From: Gemmatimonadetes bacterium 13_1_20CM_4_69_16
GTDB taxonomy: Bacteria; Gemmatimonadota; Gemmatimonadetes; Gemmatimonadales; GWC2-71-9
DNA length: 64,000 bases
Reading direction: 5' to 3'
Assembly: GCA_001919865.1 (NCBI GenBank)
Contig: MNIR01000058.1
Coordinates: 15,430-79,429 of the forward strand
Shown here: positions 1 to 10,802 of the stretch, piece after piece
How positions within the stretch are numbered: position 1 is the stretch's first letter
Layout of the letters: the number at the start of each line of letters is the position of its first letter
Program-made: the position numbers and the translations under genes
Notes under the pieces: model-generated
What the model was told of the DNA's origin: nothing
What the model saw: the letters and a program-made list of their open reading frames with translations, nothing else
Databases searched by the model: none

Positions 1-565
1 CGCCTTCGTGGGAGCAGTGCCACAGGTTCCGGTCGGTCGAGTACGGCTTCTCCACGGTCGCCTGGACGGGAATGCCTTTCGCCCTGACGTAAGCGATCAG
101 GTCCTCGCGGCCCTTGAACGCCCACTCCCGCCACGGGGCGATCACCTGCAGCTCGGGTGCGAGGGCGGTGTAGGTGAGCTCGAAGCGGACCTGGTCGTTT
201 CCCTTCCCGGTGCAGCCGTGGGCCACTGCCTGCGCGCCGATGCGCTGGGCGAGGGCGACCTGGTGGGCCGCGATCGCCGGTCGCGCCATCGAGGTGCCGA
301 GCAGATAGGTTCTGGCGTATACGGCCCCGGCACGGAGCGTGGGGAACACGAAGTCGCGGACGAACTCCTCGCGCAGGTCCTCGATGACGCAATCCGCCGC
401 GCCGGAGCGTTTGGCTTTCTCCGCCAGGCCCGCGAGCTCGCCGCCTCCCTGCCCCACGTCGGCCGCGAAGCACACGACCCGGGCGCCGTATCGCTCGCGC
501 AGCCAGGGCACGATCGCCGATGTGTCCAGTCCGCCCGAATACGCCAGCACCACCAACGGCCCCAT
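1..565 (-). CDS. argG: Argininosuccinate synthase, N-terminal part (runs off window edge; absent from ORF track)
   Basis: Reverse-strand ATG at 565 reads [16 protein letters not shown], then later [14 protein letters not shown]; AAAGGAG RBS upstream. Confidence 0.95.
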   Translation of the reverse strand, partial: MGPLVVLAYSGGLDTSAIVPWLRERYGARVVCFAADVGQGGGELAGLAEKAKRSGAADCVIEDLREEFVRDFVFPTLRAGAVYARTYLLGTSMARPAIAAHQVALAQRIGAQAVAHGCTGKGNDQVRFELTYTALAPELQVIAPWREWAFKGREDLIAYVRAKGIPVQATVEKPYSTDRNLWHCSHEG

Positions 566-573
566 GTCGCGCT

Positions 574-612
574 CCTTTGTGGTTTATGCAGTAGGATGCA
601 TAAACATACATA
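574..612 (-). promoter_or_regulatory. ARG box(es), ArgR operator upstream of argG
   Basis: AT-rich quasi-palindrome ATGCATAAACATACAT (596-611) plus adjacent degenerate copy ending TTTATGCAG; argR is present in the window. Confidence 0.7.
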
Positions 613-683
613 CGCCGGTGCACCTGTCAACGTCCCCGGAGACCTAGCGGCGGCGCCGCACCGCGCCGATCTTTGCGTTCCCG

Positions 684-1271
684 ATGAACCGGCGAGACCT
701 GGTCCGCGCTCTCGGCACCGCCGCCCTGCTGCCGCCGTTGTCCGGGCTTTCCCCCGGGCGCCTCGCCGCCACAGGGCGCCGGGCGCACCGCCGGGCGCGG
801 AGCCGCGACCTCCAGGTGCTCGATCCGCACCAGAGCGAGACCGTCGCCACGATGGCGGAGCTGATCATTCCGGCCACCGACACCCCCGGCGCGCGCGCGG
901 CGCAGGTCGATCGGTTCATCGATCTGCTGCTGGCGGAGTGGGCCACGGACGACGACCGTGCCAGCTTTCTCGCGGGGCTCGCCGACGTCGACGCCCGGGC
1001 ACACACCGCCTTCGGCACCGACTTCTTGACGGCCACGGAGGCGCAGCGCGCCACGCTCCTCACCCAGCTCGACACCGAAGCACAGGAGCGGCGCACCGGG
1101 AAGGCCGACGCGCAGCCCCCGTTTTTCCAGCGCATGAAATTCCTCACGGTGTACGGCTACTGCACGTCGGAGGTCGGCGCCACGGCGGAGCTGCACTACC
1201 AGACGATTCCGGGCTCGTATGACGCGTGCAGCGAGCTCGGCCGCTGGCGTGCGGGCCCGGGGGACTACTGA
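684..1271 (+). CDS. Gluconate 2-dehydrogenase subunit 3 family protein (Tat-exported small subunit)
   Basis: MNRRDL Tat motif, IIPATDTPGA, GYCTSEVG; overlaps start of the GMC gene. Confidence 0.88.
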   Translation: MNRRDLVRALGTAALLPPLSGLSPGRLAATGRRAHRRARSRDLQVLDPHQSETVATMAELIIPATDTPGARAAQVDRFIDLLLAEWATDDDRASFLAGLADVDARAHTAFGTDFLTATEAQRATLLTQLDTEAQERRTGKADAQPPFFQRMKFLTVYGYCTSEVGATAELHYQTIPGSYDACSELGRWRAGPGDY

Positions 1272-2956
1272 TGGCGGCGCCTAGCTTCGACGCCATCGTC
1301 GTCGGCTCCGGCATCACGGGCGGGTGGGCGGCGAAGGAGCTGTGCGAGCGCGGGCTCAAGACGCTCGTGCTCGAGGCCGGTCGGCCGATCGACCCCGCGC
1401 GGGATTACGTCGAGCACGTACCCCCTTGGGAGATGAAGTTCCGGGGCTTCGGGGACCGCAAGGCGCTCGAGCGCGACCAGTTCATCCAGCGCCACTGCTA
1501 CGCGTGCAACGAGTACAGCGGCAAGTTCTTCGTCAACGACCGCGAGAACCCGTACACCTTCGACGCCGACAAGCCGTTCCACTGGATCCGCGGCCGCCAG
1601 GTGGGTGGCAAGTCCATCATGTGGGGCCGACAGGTGTACCGCTGGAGCGACCTCGACTTCGAAGCCAACGCGCGCGACGGCTTCGGGGTGGATTGGCCGA
1701 TCCGCTATGCCGACATCGCGCCGTGGTACGATTACGTCGAGGAGTTCATCGGGATCAGCGGCGAGGCGCTCGGCCTGCCGCAGCTGCCCGACGGGAAATT
1801 CCTCCCGCCGATGGCGCTCAACTGCGCCGAGCAGGTCGTCCGGGACGGGGTCGCGAAGCGCTTCGCCCCCGAGCGCGTCGTCACCATCGGCCGGGTGGCG
1901 ATCCTCACGGCACCGCACCGGGGACGCGCGGCGTGTCACTACTGCGGCCCGTGCGAGCGCGGCTGCATCACCCACTCCTACTTCAACAGCATCGGCGTGA
2001 CGCTGCCGGTGGCGCGCGCCACGGGGCGGCTCACGCTCCGGCCCTACAGTGTCGTTCACAGCGTGATCTACGATGAGCAGCGTGACCGGGCGGCGGGCGT
2101 GCGCGTCATCGACGGGCAAACCCACGAGCCGCTCGAGTTCCGCGCGCGCATCGTGTTTCTGTGTGCCTCGACACTCGAATCGACGCGCATCCTGCTCAAC
2201 TCCAAGGGGCCGCGCTTCCCCACCGGTCTCGCCAACTCGAGCGGCGAGCTGGGCAGGAACCTGATGGACCACGCGATGGGCGGCGGGGCGAACGGCGCCA
2301 TCCCGGGCATGGAAGACCGCACCGTCCACGGCAACCGCCCCAACGGCATCTACGTCCCCCGGTTCCGCAACGTGAAGACGCCGAGCCCTGACTTCCTGCG
2401 CGGCTACGGATTTCAGGGGGGCGGCGGACGCGGTGGTTGGGGACGGGCGGCCTCGCAGCCGGGATTCGGCGCGGAGCTCAAGCGAGCCCTGCTCAAGCCG
2501 GGACCGTGGGGCTTTTCATTTTACGGCTTCGGCGAGTGCCTGCCGCGCCCCACCAACTACGTGGAGCTCGATCCGGAAAAGGTCGACGCCTGGGGAGTCC
2601 CGGCGCTGCGGATCCACTGCCAGTGGAGCGACAACGAGCGCAAGCTGCTGCACGACATGTCGGTCTCCGCGGCCGAGATGCTCGAGGCGGCGGGCGCGCG
2701 CGACATCCAACCGTTCGTGGACGACAACCCGCCGGGCCTGACCATCCACGAAATGGGGACCGCCCGCATGGGCCGCGACCCGAAGACGTCGGTCTTGAAC
2801 GCCCATAACCAGTGCCACGACGTGAAAAACCTGTTCGTCACCGACGGCGCCTGCATGGCGTCCACGGCGTGTCAGAATCCATCCATCACGTACATGGCGC
2901 TCACGGCGCGGGCGGCGGCGTACGCGGTGGAAGCCATGAAACGACACGAGCTCTAG
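1271..2956 (+). CDS. GMC oxidoreductase, glycoside 3-dehydrogenase-like flavoprotein
   Basis: GSGITGG FAD motif, CHYCGPCERGC Fe-S motif, IHEMGTARMG, QNPSITYMAL. Confidence 0.92.
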   Translation: MAAPSFDAIVVGSGITGGWAAKELCERGLKTLVLEAGRPIDPARDYVEHVPPWEMKFRGFGDRKALERDQFIQRHCYACNEYSGKFFVNDRENPYTFDADKPFHWIRGRQVGGKSIMWGRQVYRWSDLDFEANARDGFGVDWPIRYADIAPWYDYVEEFIGISGEALGLPQLPDGKFLPPMALNCAEQVVRDGVAKRFAPERVVTIGRVAILTAPHRGRAACHYCGPCERGCITHSYFNSIGVTLPVARATGRLTLRPYSVVHSVIYDEQRDRAAGVRVIDGQTHEPLEFRARIVFLCASTLESTRILLNSKGPRFPTGLANSSGELGRNLMDHAMGGGANGAIPGMEDRTVHGNRPNGIYVPRFRNVKTPSPDFLRGYGFQGGGGRGGWGRAASQPGFGAELKRALLKPGPWGFSFYGFGECLPRPTNYVELDPEKVDAWGVPALRIHCQWSDNERKLLHDMSVSAAEMLEAAGARDIQPFVDDNPPGLTIHEMGTARMGRDPKTSVLNAHNQCHDVKNLFVTDGACMASTACQNPSITYMALTARAAAYAVEAMKRHEL

Positions 2957-2998
2957 GGGATCGGGGCTCGGGACTCGGGACCAAGGGAGAGAACGACC

Positions 2999-3846
2999 AT
3001 GACTGATCGACGCGACTTCATCAAGGCTCTCGGCGCTGCGGCGGTTGGGCCGACCTTGTGGCCCCTAGCCCCGAGCCCCTATCACCGAGCCCCTAGCCGC
3101 AAGCTCGACCGCGTCGGCCTCCAGCTCTACACCGTGCGGCAGGCGATGGAACACGACATGGAAGGGACGCTCGCCAAGGTCGCCGAGGCCGGCTACGGCG
3201 AAGTGGAGTTCGCCGGCTACTTCGGCCACACACCGAAAGAGGTCCGGGCGATGCTCGAGCATCACGGGCTCGCGGCCCCTTCGGCGCACATGGCATCGCT
3301 CGCGCCCGACGAGTGGACCGCGTCGCTCGACGTCGCGAAGGCGATCGGCCACGAATACATCGTCGTCCCGTGGATTCCCGCGGAGGCGCGCAAAACCTTG
3401 GACGGCTTTAAGCGGGTCGCCCAGGACTTCAACCGCGCGGCGGCCCAAGCCCACGACGCCGGCCTGCAGTTCGCCTACCACAACCACGACTTCGAGTTCG
3501 CGCGGACGGAGGGCCGCCTCCCCTACGACGTGCTGATCGCGGAGACCGACCCCAAGCTCGTGCAGTTCGAGATCGACTTGTACTGGATGGTCAAGGGCGG
3601 TCAGGATCCGCTGGCGTACTTCGCCCGTTTGCCGGGTCGCGTCCCGATGGTGCACGTGAAGGATTCGGCCGGCCCGCCCGCCCACCGCATGGTGGACGTG
3701 GGTGCCGGGAAGATCGACTTCAAGAAGATCTTCGCGCAGCGCGATCAAGCGGGGATCCGGCACTTCTTCGTCGAGCACGACCAGCCGGCGGACCCGTTCG
3801 CGTCCATCCGGGCGAGCTGCGATTACCTGAAGCGGCTTGAGTTCTA

Positions 3847-3847
<1 letters not shown>
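2999..3847 (+). CDS. Sugar phosphate isomerase/epimerase TIM-barrel protein (Tat)
   Basis: DRRDFIK, GLQLYTVR, YHNHDFEF, HVKD, FVEHD. Confidence 0.88.
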
Positions 3848-4731
<884 letters not shown>

Positions 4732-4750
4732 GCAAAGGACGCTCGAGAGC

Positions 4751-6445
4751 ATGACGTTCTTCCCGCAAGCGAAGGTCTACGACGTCTGTGTCGTCGGCTC
4801 GGGGGCGGGCGGCGGCATGGCCGCCTACGCGCTCACCCAGGCGGGAGCCGACGTGATGGTGCTGGAAGCGGGCGCGCCGTGGGACAACTCCAAGGACTCG
4901 GCGATGCTGACCTGGCCCTACGAGTCCCCCCGACGCGGCAAGTCCACCAAGGAGCGACCGTTCGGCGAGTTCGACGCGTGTATCGGCGGCTGGGAGATCG
5001 AGGGCGAGCCCTTCACGCGGGCGCCCGGCACCGAGTTCAGCTGGTGGCGGGCCCGCATGGTGGGGGGGCGCACCAACCACTGGGGCCGCATCTCGCTGCG
5101 GTTCGGCCCCTACGACTTCAAGCGCAAGAGTCGCGACGGCCTGGGCGACGACTGGCCGATCTCCTACGAGGATGTCGCGCCGTACTACGACAAGATCGAT
5201 CGGCTGATCGGGATCTTCGGCAGCAAGGAGAACCTCCCCAACGAGCCGAACGGCGTGTTCCTGCCGCCGCCCAAACCGCGCTGTCACGAGCTGCTGGTCA
5301 AGCAGGCCGCGGACAAGCTGCGCATCACGTGCATTCCCTCGCGGCTCTCGATCCTGACGCGCCCGCTGAACGGCCGGGCCGCGTGTCATTACTGCGGCCA
5401 GTGTAACCGCGGCTGCAAGGTCAACGCGAATTTCACCTCCACCAACGTGTTGATCGCCCCGGCGCTCGCCACCGGCAAGCTCACGCTCCTGACCAACGCG
5501 ATGGCGCGCGAGGTGACAGTGGACAAGAGCGGTCGCGCCACCGGCGTCGCCTACGTGGACAAGACGACCGGCACCGATCAGCATGTCCGGGCGAAGGTGG
5601 TGGTGGTCGCGGCGAGCGCGCTCGAGTCCGCCCGACTACTGCTCAACTCCAAGTCGGCGGGGTTCCCGAACGGCCTGGCCAACGCGAGCGGCACGGTGGG
5701 CAAGTACATCACCGACACGACCGGCACGGACGTGGGAGGGTTCATCCCGAAGATGGTGGACCGCGTGCCGCACAACCACGACGGCGTGGGAGGCATGCAC
5801 CTCTACATGCCGTGGTGGCTGGACAACAAGCAGCTCGACTTCCCGCGCGGTTACCACGTCGAGGTCTGGGGCGGCGCCCACACGCCGTCCTACGGGTTCA
5901 TGGGCGGTATTCATCGCTACCCGCCGGGCGGCGGTTACGGGAAGCAGCTCAAGGAAGACTACCGGCGCTACTACGGCGCCACGATCGGATTCTCCGGTCG
6001 CGGCGAGATGATCCCGAACGACGACAGCTACTGCGAAATCGACCCCCGCACCGTGGACCGTTGGGGCATTCCCGTGCTGCGCTTCCATTGGAAGTGGTCG
6101 GACCACGAGTACAAGCAGGTGAAGCACATGCAGGAGACGTTCCGGGCACTCATTGCCGAAATGGGGGGACAGGCGTCCTCGCCCATGCCAGGCGCCGAGC
6201 GCGGCTACGGCATCGCGGCGGGCGGGACCATCATCCACGAGCTCGGCGGGACACGCATGGGGGACGACGCCAAGACCTCGGTGCTCAACCGCTGGTGCCA
6301 GGCGCACGACTGCAAGAACCTGTTCGTGACCGACGGCGGGCCGTTCGTGTCGCAGGCGGACAAGAACCCCACCTGGACTATCCTGGCGCTGTCGCTGCGG
6401 ACGAGCGAATACATCGCGGACCAAATGAAGAAGGGAGCGCTCTGA
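4751..6445 (+). CDS. GMC oxidoreductase, second paralog
   Basis: GSGAGGG, GGRTNHWGR, CHYCGQCNRGC, IIHELGG, KNPTWTILAL. Confidence 0.92.
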   Translation: MTFFPQAKVYDVCVVGSGAGGGMAAYALTQAGADVMVLEAGAPWDNSKDSAMLTWPYESPRRGKSTKERPFGEFDACIGGWEIEGEPFTRAPGTEFSWWRARMVGGRTNHWGRISLRFGPYDFKRKSRDGLGDDWPISYEDVAPYYDKIDRLIGIFGSKENLPNEPNGVFLPPPKPRCHELLVKQAADKLRITCIPSRLSILTRPLNGRAACHYCGQCNRGCKVNANFTSTNVLIAPALATGKLTLLTNAMAREVTVDKSGRATGVAYVDKTTGTDQHVRAKVVVVAASALESARLLLNSKSAGFPNGLANASGTVGKYITDTTGTDVGGFIPKMVDRVPHNHDGVGGMHLYMPWWLDNKQLDFPRGYHVEVWGGAHTPSYGFMGGIHRYPPGGGYGKQLKEDYRRYYGATIGFSGRGEMIPNDDSYCEIDPRTVDRWGIPVLRFHWKWSDHEYKQVKHMQETFRALIAEMGGQASSPMPGAERGYGIAAGGTIIHELGGTRMGDDAKTSVLNRWCQAHDCKNLFVTDGGPFVSQADKNPTWTILALSLRTSEYIADQMKKGAL

Positions 6446-7035
6446 TGCAACGTCGCGACGCCGTGCAGGTGTTGGCCGTGGCGCCGCTGGCCGCGGCATT
6501 CCGTTGGGCTCCCGAGTCGGTGCGCGAAGCCTCGGCCCTGGCGCGGACGGCGGTGGCGCGTGGCGCGCCGTACGAGCCGAAGCACTTCACCGCGCACGAG
6601 TGGGAGACCGTCCGCTTGCTGGTGGACCTGATCATCCCCAAAGACGAGCGCTCGGGGAGCGCCACCGACGCGGGCGTGCCCGAGTTCATAGACTTCATGG
6701 TGGGCGACGACGCGGACCTGGAGACGCCGATTCGCGGCGGGCTGGCCTGGCTCGACCACGAGTGCGATAACCGCTACGGCAAGACGCTCGTGGCGAGCAG
6801 CGACACCGACCGCACTGCGTTGCTGGACGACATCGCATGGCCGAAGAAGGCGAAGCGGGAGCACTCGGCCGGCGTCGCGTTTTTCAACAGCTTCCGCGAT
6901 CTCACCGCCTCGGGCTTCTTCTCGAGCAAGCTGGGCGTGCAGGATTTGCGCTACATCGGCAACACCTTCGTCTCCGAGTGGAAGGGGTGCCCGCCGGAGG
7001 CGCTCGCCAAGCTCGGAGTGACGTACGGAGAGTGA
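6445..7035 (+). CDS. Gluconate 2-dehydrogenase subunit 3 family protein
   Basis: ATG overlaps the GMC stop; MQRRDA, IIPKDERSGSATDAGVPEFIDF, GFFSSKLG. Confidence 0.88.
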   Translation: MQRRDAVQVLAVAPLAAAFRWAPESVREASALARTAVARGAPYEPKHFTAHEWETVRLLVDLIIPKDERSGSATDAGVPEFIDFMVGDDADLETPIRGGLAWLDHECDNRYGKTLVASSDTDRTALLDDIAWPKKAKREHSAGVAFFNSFRDLTASGFFSSKLGVQDLRYIGNTFVSEWKGCPPEALAKLGVTYGE

Positions 7036-7064
7036 CGCCGGGGAATCGGGACGCCGGAAGGGCG

Positions 7065-8306
7065 ATGCCTGACAAGCGACTCGGCGTCGGGTTCATCGGA
7101 AGCGGCTTCAACGCGCGGTTCCACCTCCAGGCGTTCCAGGCGGTACGCGACGCCGACGTGCTCGGCGTGTGGAGTCCCACCAGGAAGCGCGCCGAGGAGA
7201 CGGCCGCGCTGGCGCGCCGGCTCGACCTCGGCCAGACGAAGGCGTACCGGTCCATCGCTGAGATGGTGGCCGATCCGGCGATCGACGCGCTGTGGCTGTG
7301 CGGCCGCAACGACGCGCGCATCGAGAACGTGGAGGAGATCGTCGAGGCGGTGACGCGCGGCAAAGGGCAACTCACAGGAGTGGCCTGCGAGAAGCCCCTC
7401 GCGCGCAATCTCGCCGAGGCGAAGCGGGTCGCCGAGCTGGTGAAAACGGCCGGTATCACCGACGGCTACCTGGAGGACCAGGTGTTCGCGCCGGCCGTGG
7501 CGCAGGGTCGGGCCATCATCTGGGCGCGGGGCGCGGCCTTGACCGGCCGCCCCTACCTCGCGCGAGCGACCGAGGAGCACAGCGGGCCACACAGGCCATG
7601 GTTCTGGCAAGGGCCGCTGCAGGGCGGCGGCGTGTTGAACGACATGATGTGTCACTCGGCGCTCGTGGTGCGACACCTGCTGACGCAGCCCGATGCGCCG
7701 CTCTCGACCGTGCGGCCCGTCCGGGTGACGGGGCACATCGCAAGCCTCAAGTGGACGCGGCCGGAGTACGCCAAGCGGTTGCAGCAGACCATGGGCAAAG
7801 AGGTGGACTACGCGAAGCATCCGTCGGAAGACTTTGCCAGTGTCATGATCGAGTTCCAGGCGAACGACGGCGCCACCGTGCTCGGTGAGGCGACCACTTC
7901 CTGGAGTTTCGTGGGCGCGGGCCTGCGCCTCTCGGCCGAGCTGCTCGGCCCCGAGTACTCGATGTCGTGGAACTCGCTGGACAGCCCGCTCAAGCTGTTC
8001 TTCAGCCGCGCAGTGAAGGGAAAAACGGGTGAGGACCTGGTCGAGAAGCAGAACGCCGAGATGGGGTTGATGCCCGTGGTGCCAGGCGAGCCGGCGGTGT
8101 ACGGCTACGAAGCCGAGGACCGGCATTTCGTGCGGGCGTTTTTGGGACGCGAACCGCCGCAGCTCACGTTCGACGATGGCGTGGAGGTCGTGAAAGTCTT
8201 GATGACCGCCTACATGAGCGCCGAGCAGGGGAAGACGCTGGGGTTCCCCCCCAAAGGGCTGGAGACATTCGTGCCTGCCGTCGCCAAGGGAACATGGAAG
8301 CCATGA
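7065..8306 (+). CDS. Gfo/Idh/MocA family oxidoreductase
   Basis: GFIGSGF Rossmann motif, CEKPLA, GGGVLNDMMCH. Confidence 0.88.
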   Translation: MPDKRLGVGFIGSGFNARFHLQAFQAVRDADVLGVWSPTRKRAEETAALARRLDLGQTKAYRSIAEMVADPAIDALWLCGRNDARIENVEEIVEAVTRGKGQLTGVACEKPLARNLAEAKRVAELVKTAGITDGYLEDQVFAPAVAQGRAIIWARGAALTGRPYLARATEEHSGPHRPWFWQGPLQGGGVLNDMMCHSALVVRHLLTQPDAPLSTVRPVRVTGHIASLKWTRPEYAKRLQQTMGKEVDYAKHPSEDFASVMIEFQANDGATVLGEATTSWSFVGAGLRLSAELLGPEYSMSWNSLDSPLKLFFSRAVKGKTGEDLVEKQNAEMGLMPVVPGEPAVYGYEAEDRHFVRAFLGREPPQLTFDDGVEVVKVLMTAYMSAEQGKTLGFPPKGLETFVPAVAKGTWKP

Positions 8307-9127
8307 ACAAATTGCGGATTGCGGATTTCGGATTGCGGATTCGACGGTCGCTCTTCCAATCCGCAATCCGCAATCCACGATCCGCAATCGGCTCGCTGGC
8401 GCTCCTGGCGCTGGTTTGCAGCCCCGAGCGCTCGGCGGCGCAGCAGTGGCCCGTTCATTCTCTCGACCGCCCGCGTCCTCCCGTCGTGGATCCCGGGCCC
8501 GACCGCCCACCCGTGCCGCCGCCCTCGGACGCGGTCGTGCTGTTCGACGGCAAGGACCTTTCGCAGTGGCAGTCGCACGACAGCACGCCTGCGAAGTGGG
8601 TGGTGCGGGAGGGATACGTCGAGGTCGCCGCCGGCACGGGAGTGATCATGACGAAGCGCGGCTTCGGCAACGTTCAACTTCACATCGAGTGGGCGACGCC
8701 GACCCCGCCGCGGGGCGAAGGCCAGGAGCGCGGCAACAGCGGCGTGTTCCTGATGAGCCACTACGAAATCCAGGTGCTCGATTCCTACCACAGCGACACG
8801 TATGCCGACGGCCAGGCGGCCGCCGTCTACGGGCAGTCGCCCCCGCTCGTGAATGCGAGCCGCCCGCCCGGCCAGTGGCAGACGTACGACATCGTGTTTC
8901 ACCGCCCGCACTTCGCGGCCGACGGCTCGGTGCGGGATTCCGCCCGAGTGACCGTGTTCCACAACGGCGTGCTGGTGCAGGACAACACGTTCATCACCGG
9001 TTGGACGGTGCACGGGAGCCGGGCACATTACCAGCCGCACCCGGACAAGCTGCCGCTCGTGCTCCAGGACCACGGCAATCCGGTCCGCTACCGGGACATC
9101 TGGGTGCGCGAGCTCCCCGACCACTGA
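8303..9127 (+). CDS. DUF1080 / 3-keto-disaccharide hydrolase family protein
   Basis: LFDGKDL, GNSGVF, YEIQVLD, WQTYDI, LQDHG; start uncertain because of an N-terminal repeat. Confidence 0.85.
   Translation: MNKLRIADFGLRIRRSLFQSAIRNPRSAIGSLALLALVCSPERSAAQQWPVHSLDRPRPPVVDPGPDRPPVPPPSDAVVLFDGKDLSQWQSHDSTPAKWVVREGYVEVAAGTGVIMTKRGFGNVQLHIEWATPTPPRGEGQERGNSGVFLMSHYEIQVLDSYHSDTYADGQAAAVYGQSPPLVNASRPPGQWQTYDIVFHRPHFAADGSVRDSARVTVFHNGVLVQDNTFITGWTVHGSRAHYQPHPDKLPLVLQDHGNPVRYRDIWVRELPDH
8311..8388. repeat. Heptamer tandem-inverted repeat (ATTGCGG)n...(CCGCAAT)n
   Basis: Visible in sequence; lies in the 5' coding part of the DUF1080 gene. Confidence 0.9.
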
Positions 9128-9134
9128 GGCCCGC

Positions 9135-10775
9135 ATGATCCGATTGCCCGCCAGCGCGTGCCTTGCCGTGCTGCTCGCTGTGCCGGCCGGCGCGTCGGCC
9201 CAACTGGCGGGGGCCTCGACCGCCCCTGCCCTGATCCCGCGCCCCGTTCGCGTGACGGTCAAGCCTGGCAGCTTTACGCTCAGCGGCGCCACCGTGATCA
9301 CGACGGACCGCGCGAGCCGCGCGCTGGGCGAGATGCTCGCCGACTATTTCTTCCCTGCGACGGGGTTCCGGCTCGCCGTGCGGTCGGCGGCCCCCGGGGG
9401 CGCCCGCGTGATCTCGGTCGGCCTCGACGCGACCCTGACCGCGCTCGGCGAGGAGGGATACCGGCTGGAGGTAAGCCCCGCGCGCCTCACGATTCGCGCG
9501 GCCCGGCCCGCAGGCGCGTTCTACGCGATCCAGACGCTACGCCAGCTGCTGCCGGCGGCCATCTTCCGCCAGGCGCGCGTGCCGACCGCCGTCTGGACGA
9601 TTCCCGCCGTGTCGATCGAAGACTCCCCGCGGTTCCGCTGGCGGGGCATCCACCTGGACGTGGCGCGCCACTTCATGCCGAAGGAGTTCGTGAAGAAGCT
9701 CGTCGATCTCGCTGCGCTGCATAAGCTCAACCGGCTGCACCTCCACCTGACCGACGACCAGGGGTGGCGTATCGAGATCCGCCAGTACCCACGGCTCACC
9801 CAAGTAGGCGCGTGGCGGCGCCAGACGATCATCGGGCGGCCGGACCCCGATTCGACCAAGTGGCGCTTCGACGGCCAGCCGCACGGCGGCTTCTATACTC
9901 AGGACGACATCACGGAGCTGGTCGCGTACGCGCAGGCGCGGTTCGTCACGATCGTGCCGGAGATCGAGATGCCGGGCCACTCCCAGGCCGCGATCGCGGC
10001 GTATCCCGAGCTGGGCAACAAGCCCGACACACTTCCGGTATGGACGGCTTGGGGAGTGGACGAGAACATCCTCAACCCCGGAGACGCGACGATCCGGTTC
10101 GAGCAGAACGTCCTCACCGAGGTGATGGCGCTGTTCCCCGGACGCTGGATCCATGTCGGCGGCGACGAGGCGCCGAAGACCCAGTGGAAGGCGAGCCCGC
10201 TCGCGCAGGCGCGGATCCGCGAGCTCAGCCTCAAGGATGAGGACGAGCTGCAGAGCTACTTCACGCGCCGCATGGACGAGTTCCTCACGGCGCACGGTCG
10301 CTCGCTCGTGGGCTGGGACGAGATCCTCGAAGGCGGTCTCGCACCCAACGCGGTCGTCATGTCATGGCGCGGGATAGACGGCGGCATCGCGGCCGCGCGC
10401 GCCGGGCACGACGTCGTGATGGCGCCCGGATCGCACACCTACTTCGACCACTACCAGGCCGCCGACACGACCGAGCCGCTGGCGATCGGGGGGTTCCTCC
10501 CGCTCGACACGGTGTACGCCTACGAGCCCGTCCCGGCGGCCCTCACGCCGGACGAGGCGCGCCACGTGCTCGGCGCGCAGGGCCAGCTGTGGACCGAATA
10601 CATCCCCGACGCGAAACGGGCCGAGTACATGGCGTTCCCGAGGGCGTGCGCGCTCGCCGAGGTGCTGTGGACGCCGCAGCAGGAAAAGAACTATCCGGAT
10701 TTCCTGGTCCGGCTCGCCGTGCATCTCGCCCGGCTCGCCGTGCTGGACGTGAACTACCGGCCGCTCAAGAACTAA
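9135..10775 (+). CDS. Beta-N-acetylhexosaminidase (GH20)
   Basis: WRGIHLDVARHF, HLTDDQGWR, PEIEMPGH, HVGGDE; signal peptide. Confidence 0.95.
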   Translation: MIRLPASACLAVLLAVPAGASAQLAGASTAPALIPRPVRVTVKPGSFTLSGATVITTDRASRALGEMLADYFFPATGFRLAVRSAAPGGARVISVGLDATLTALGEEGYRLEVSPARLTIRAARPAGAFYAIQTLRQLLPAAIFRQARVPTAVWTIPAVSIEDSPRFRWRGIHLDVARHFMPKEFVKKLVDLAALHKLNRLHLHLTDDQGWRIEIRQYPRLTQVGAWRRQTIIGRPDPDSTKWRFDGQPHGGFYTQDDITELVAYAQARFVTIVPEIEMPGHSQAAIAAYPELGNKPDTLPVWTAWGVDENILNPGDATIRFEQNVLTEVMALFPGRWIHVGGDEAPKTQWKASPLAQARIRELSLKDEDELQSYFTRRMDEFLTAHGRSLVGWDEILEGGLAPNAVVMSWRGIDGGIAAARAGHDVVMAPGSHTYFDHYQAADTTEPLAIGGFLPLDTVYAYEPVPAALTPDEARHVLGAQGQLWTEYIPDAKRAEYMAFPRACALAEVLWTPQQEKNYPDFLVRLAVHLARLAVLDVNYRPLKN

Positions 10776-10802
10776 GGCACTCGGCATCAGGGGAATCGAT
10801 CG

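Noticed and set aside
8-1222. 404-aa plus-strand ORF
   Set aside because: Antisense shadow of argG joined to an off-frame reading of the 684 gene.
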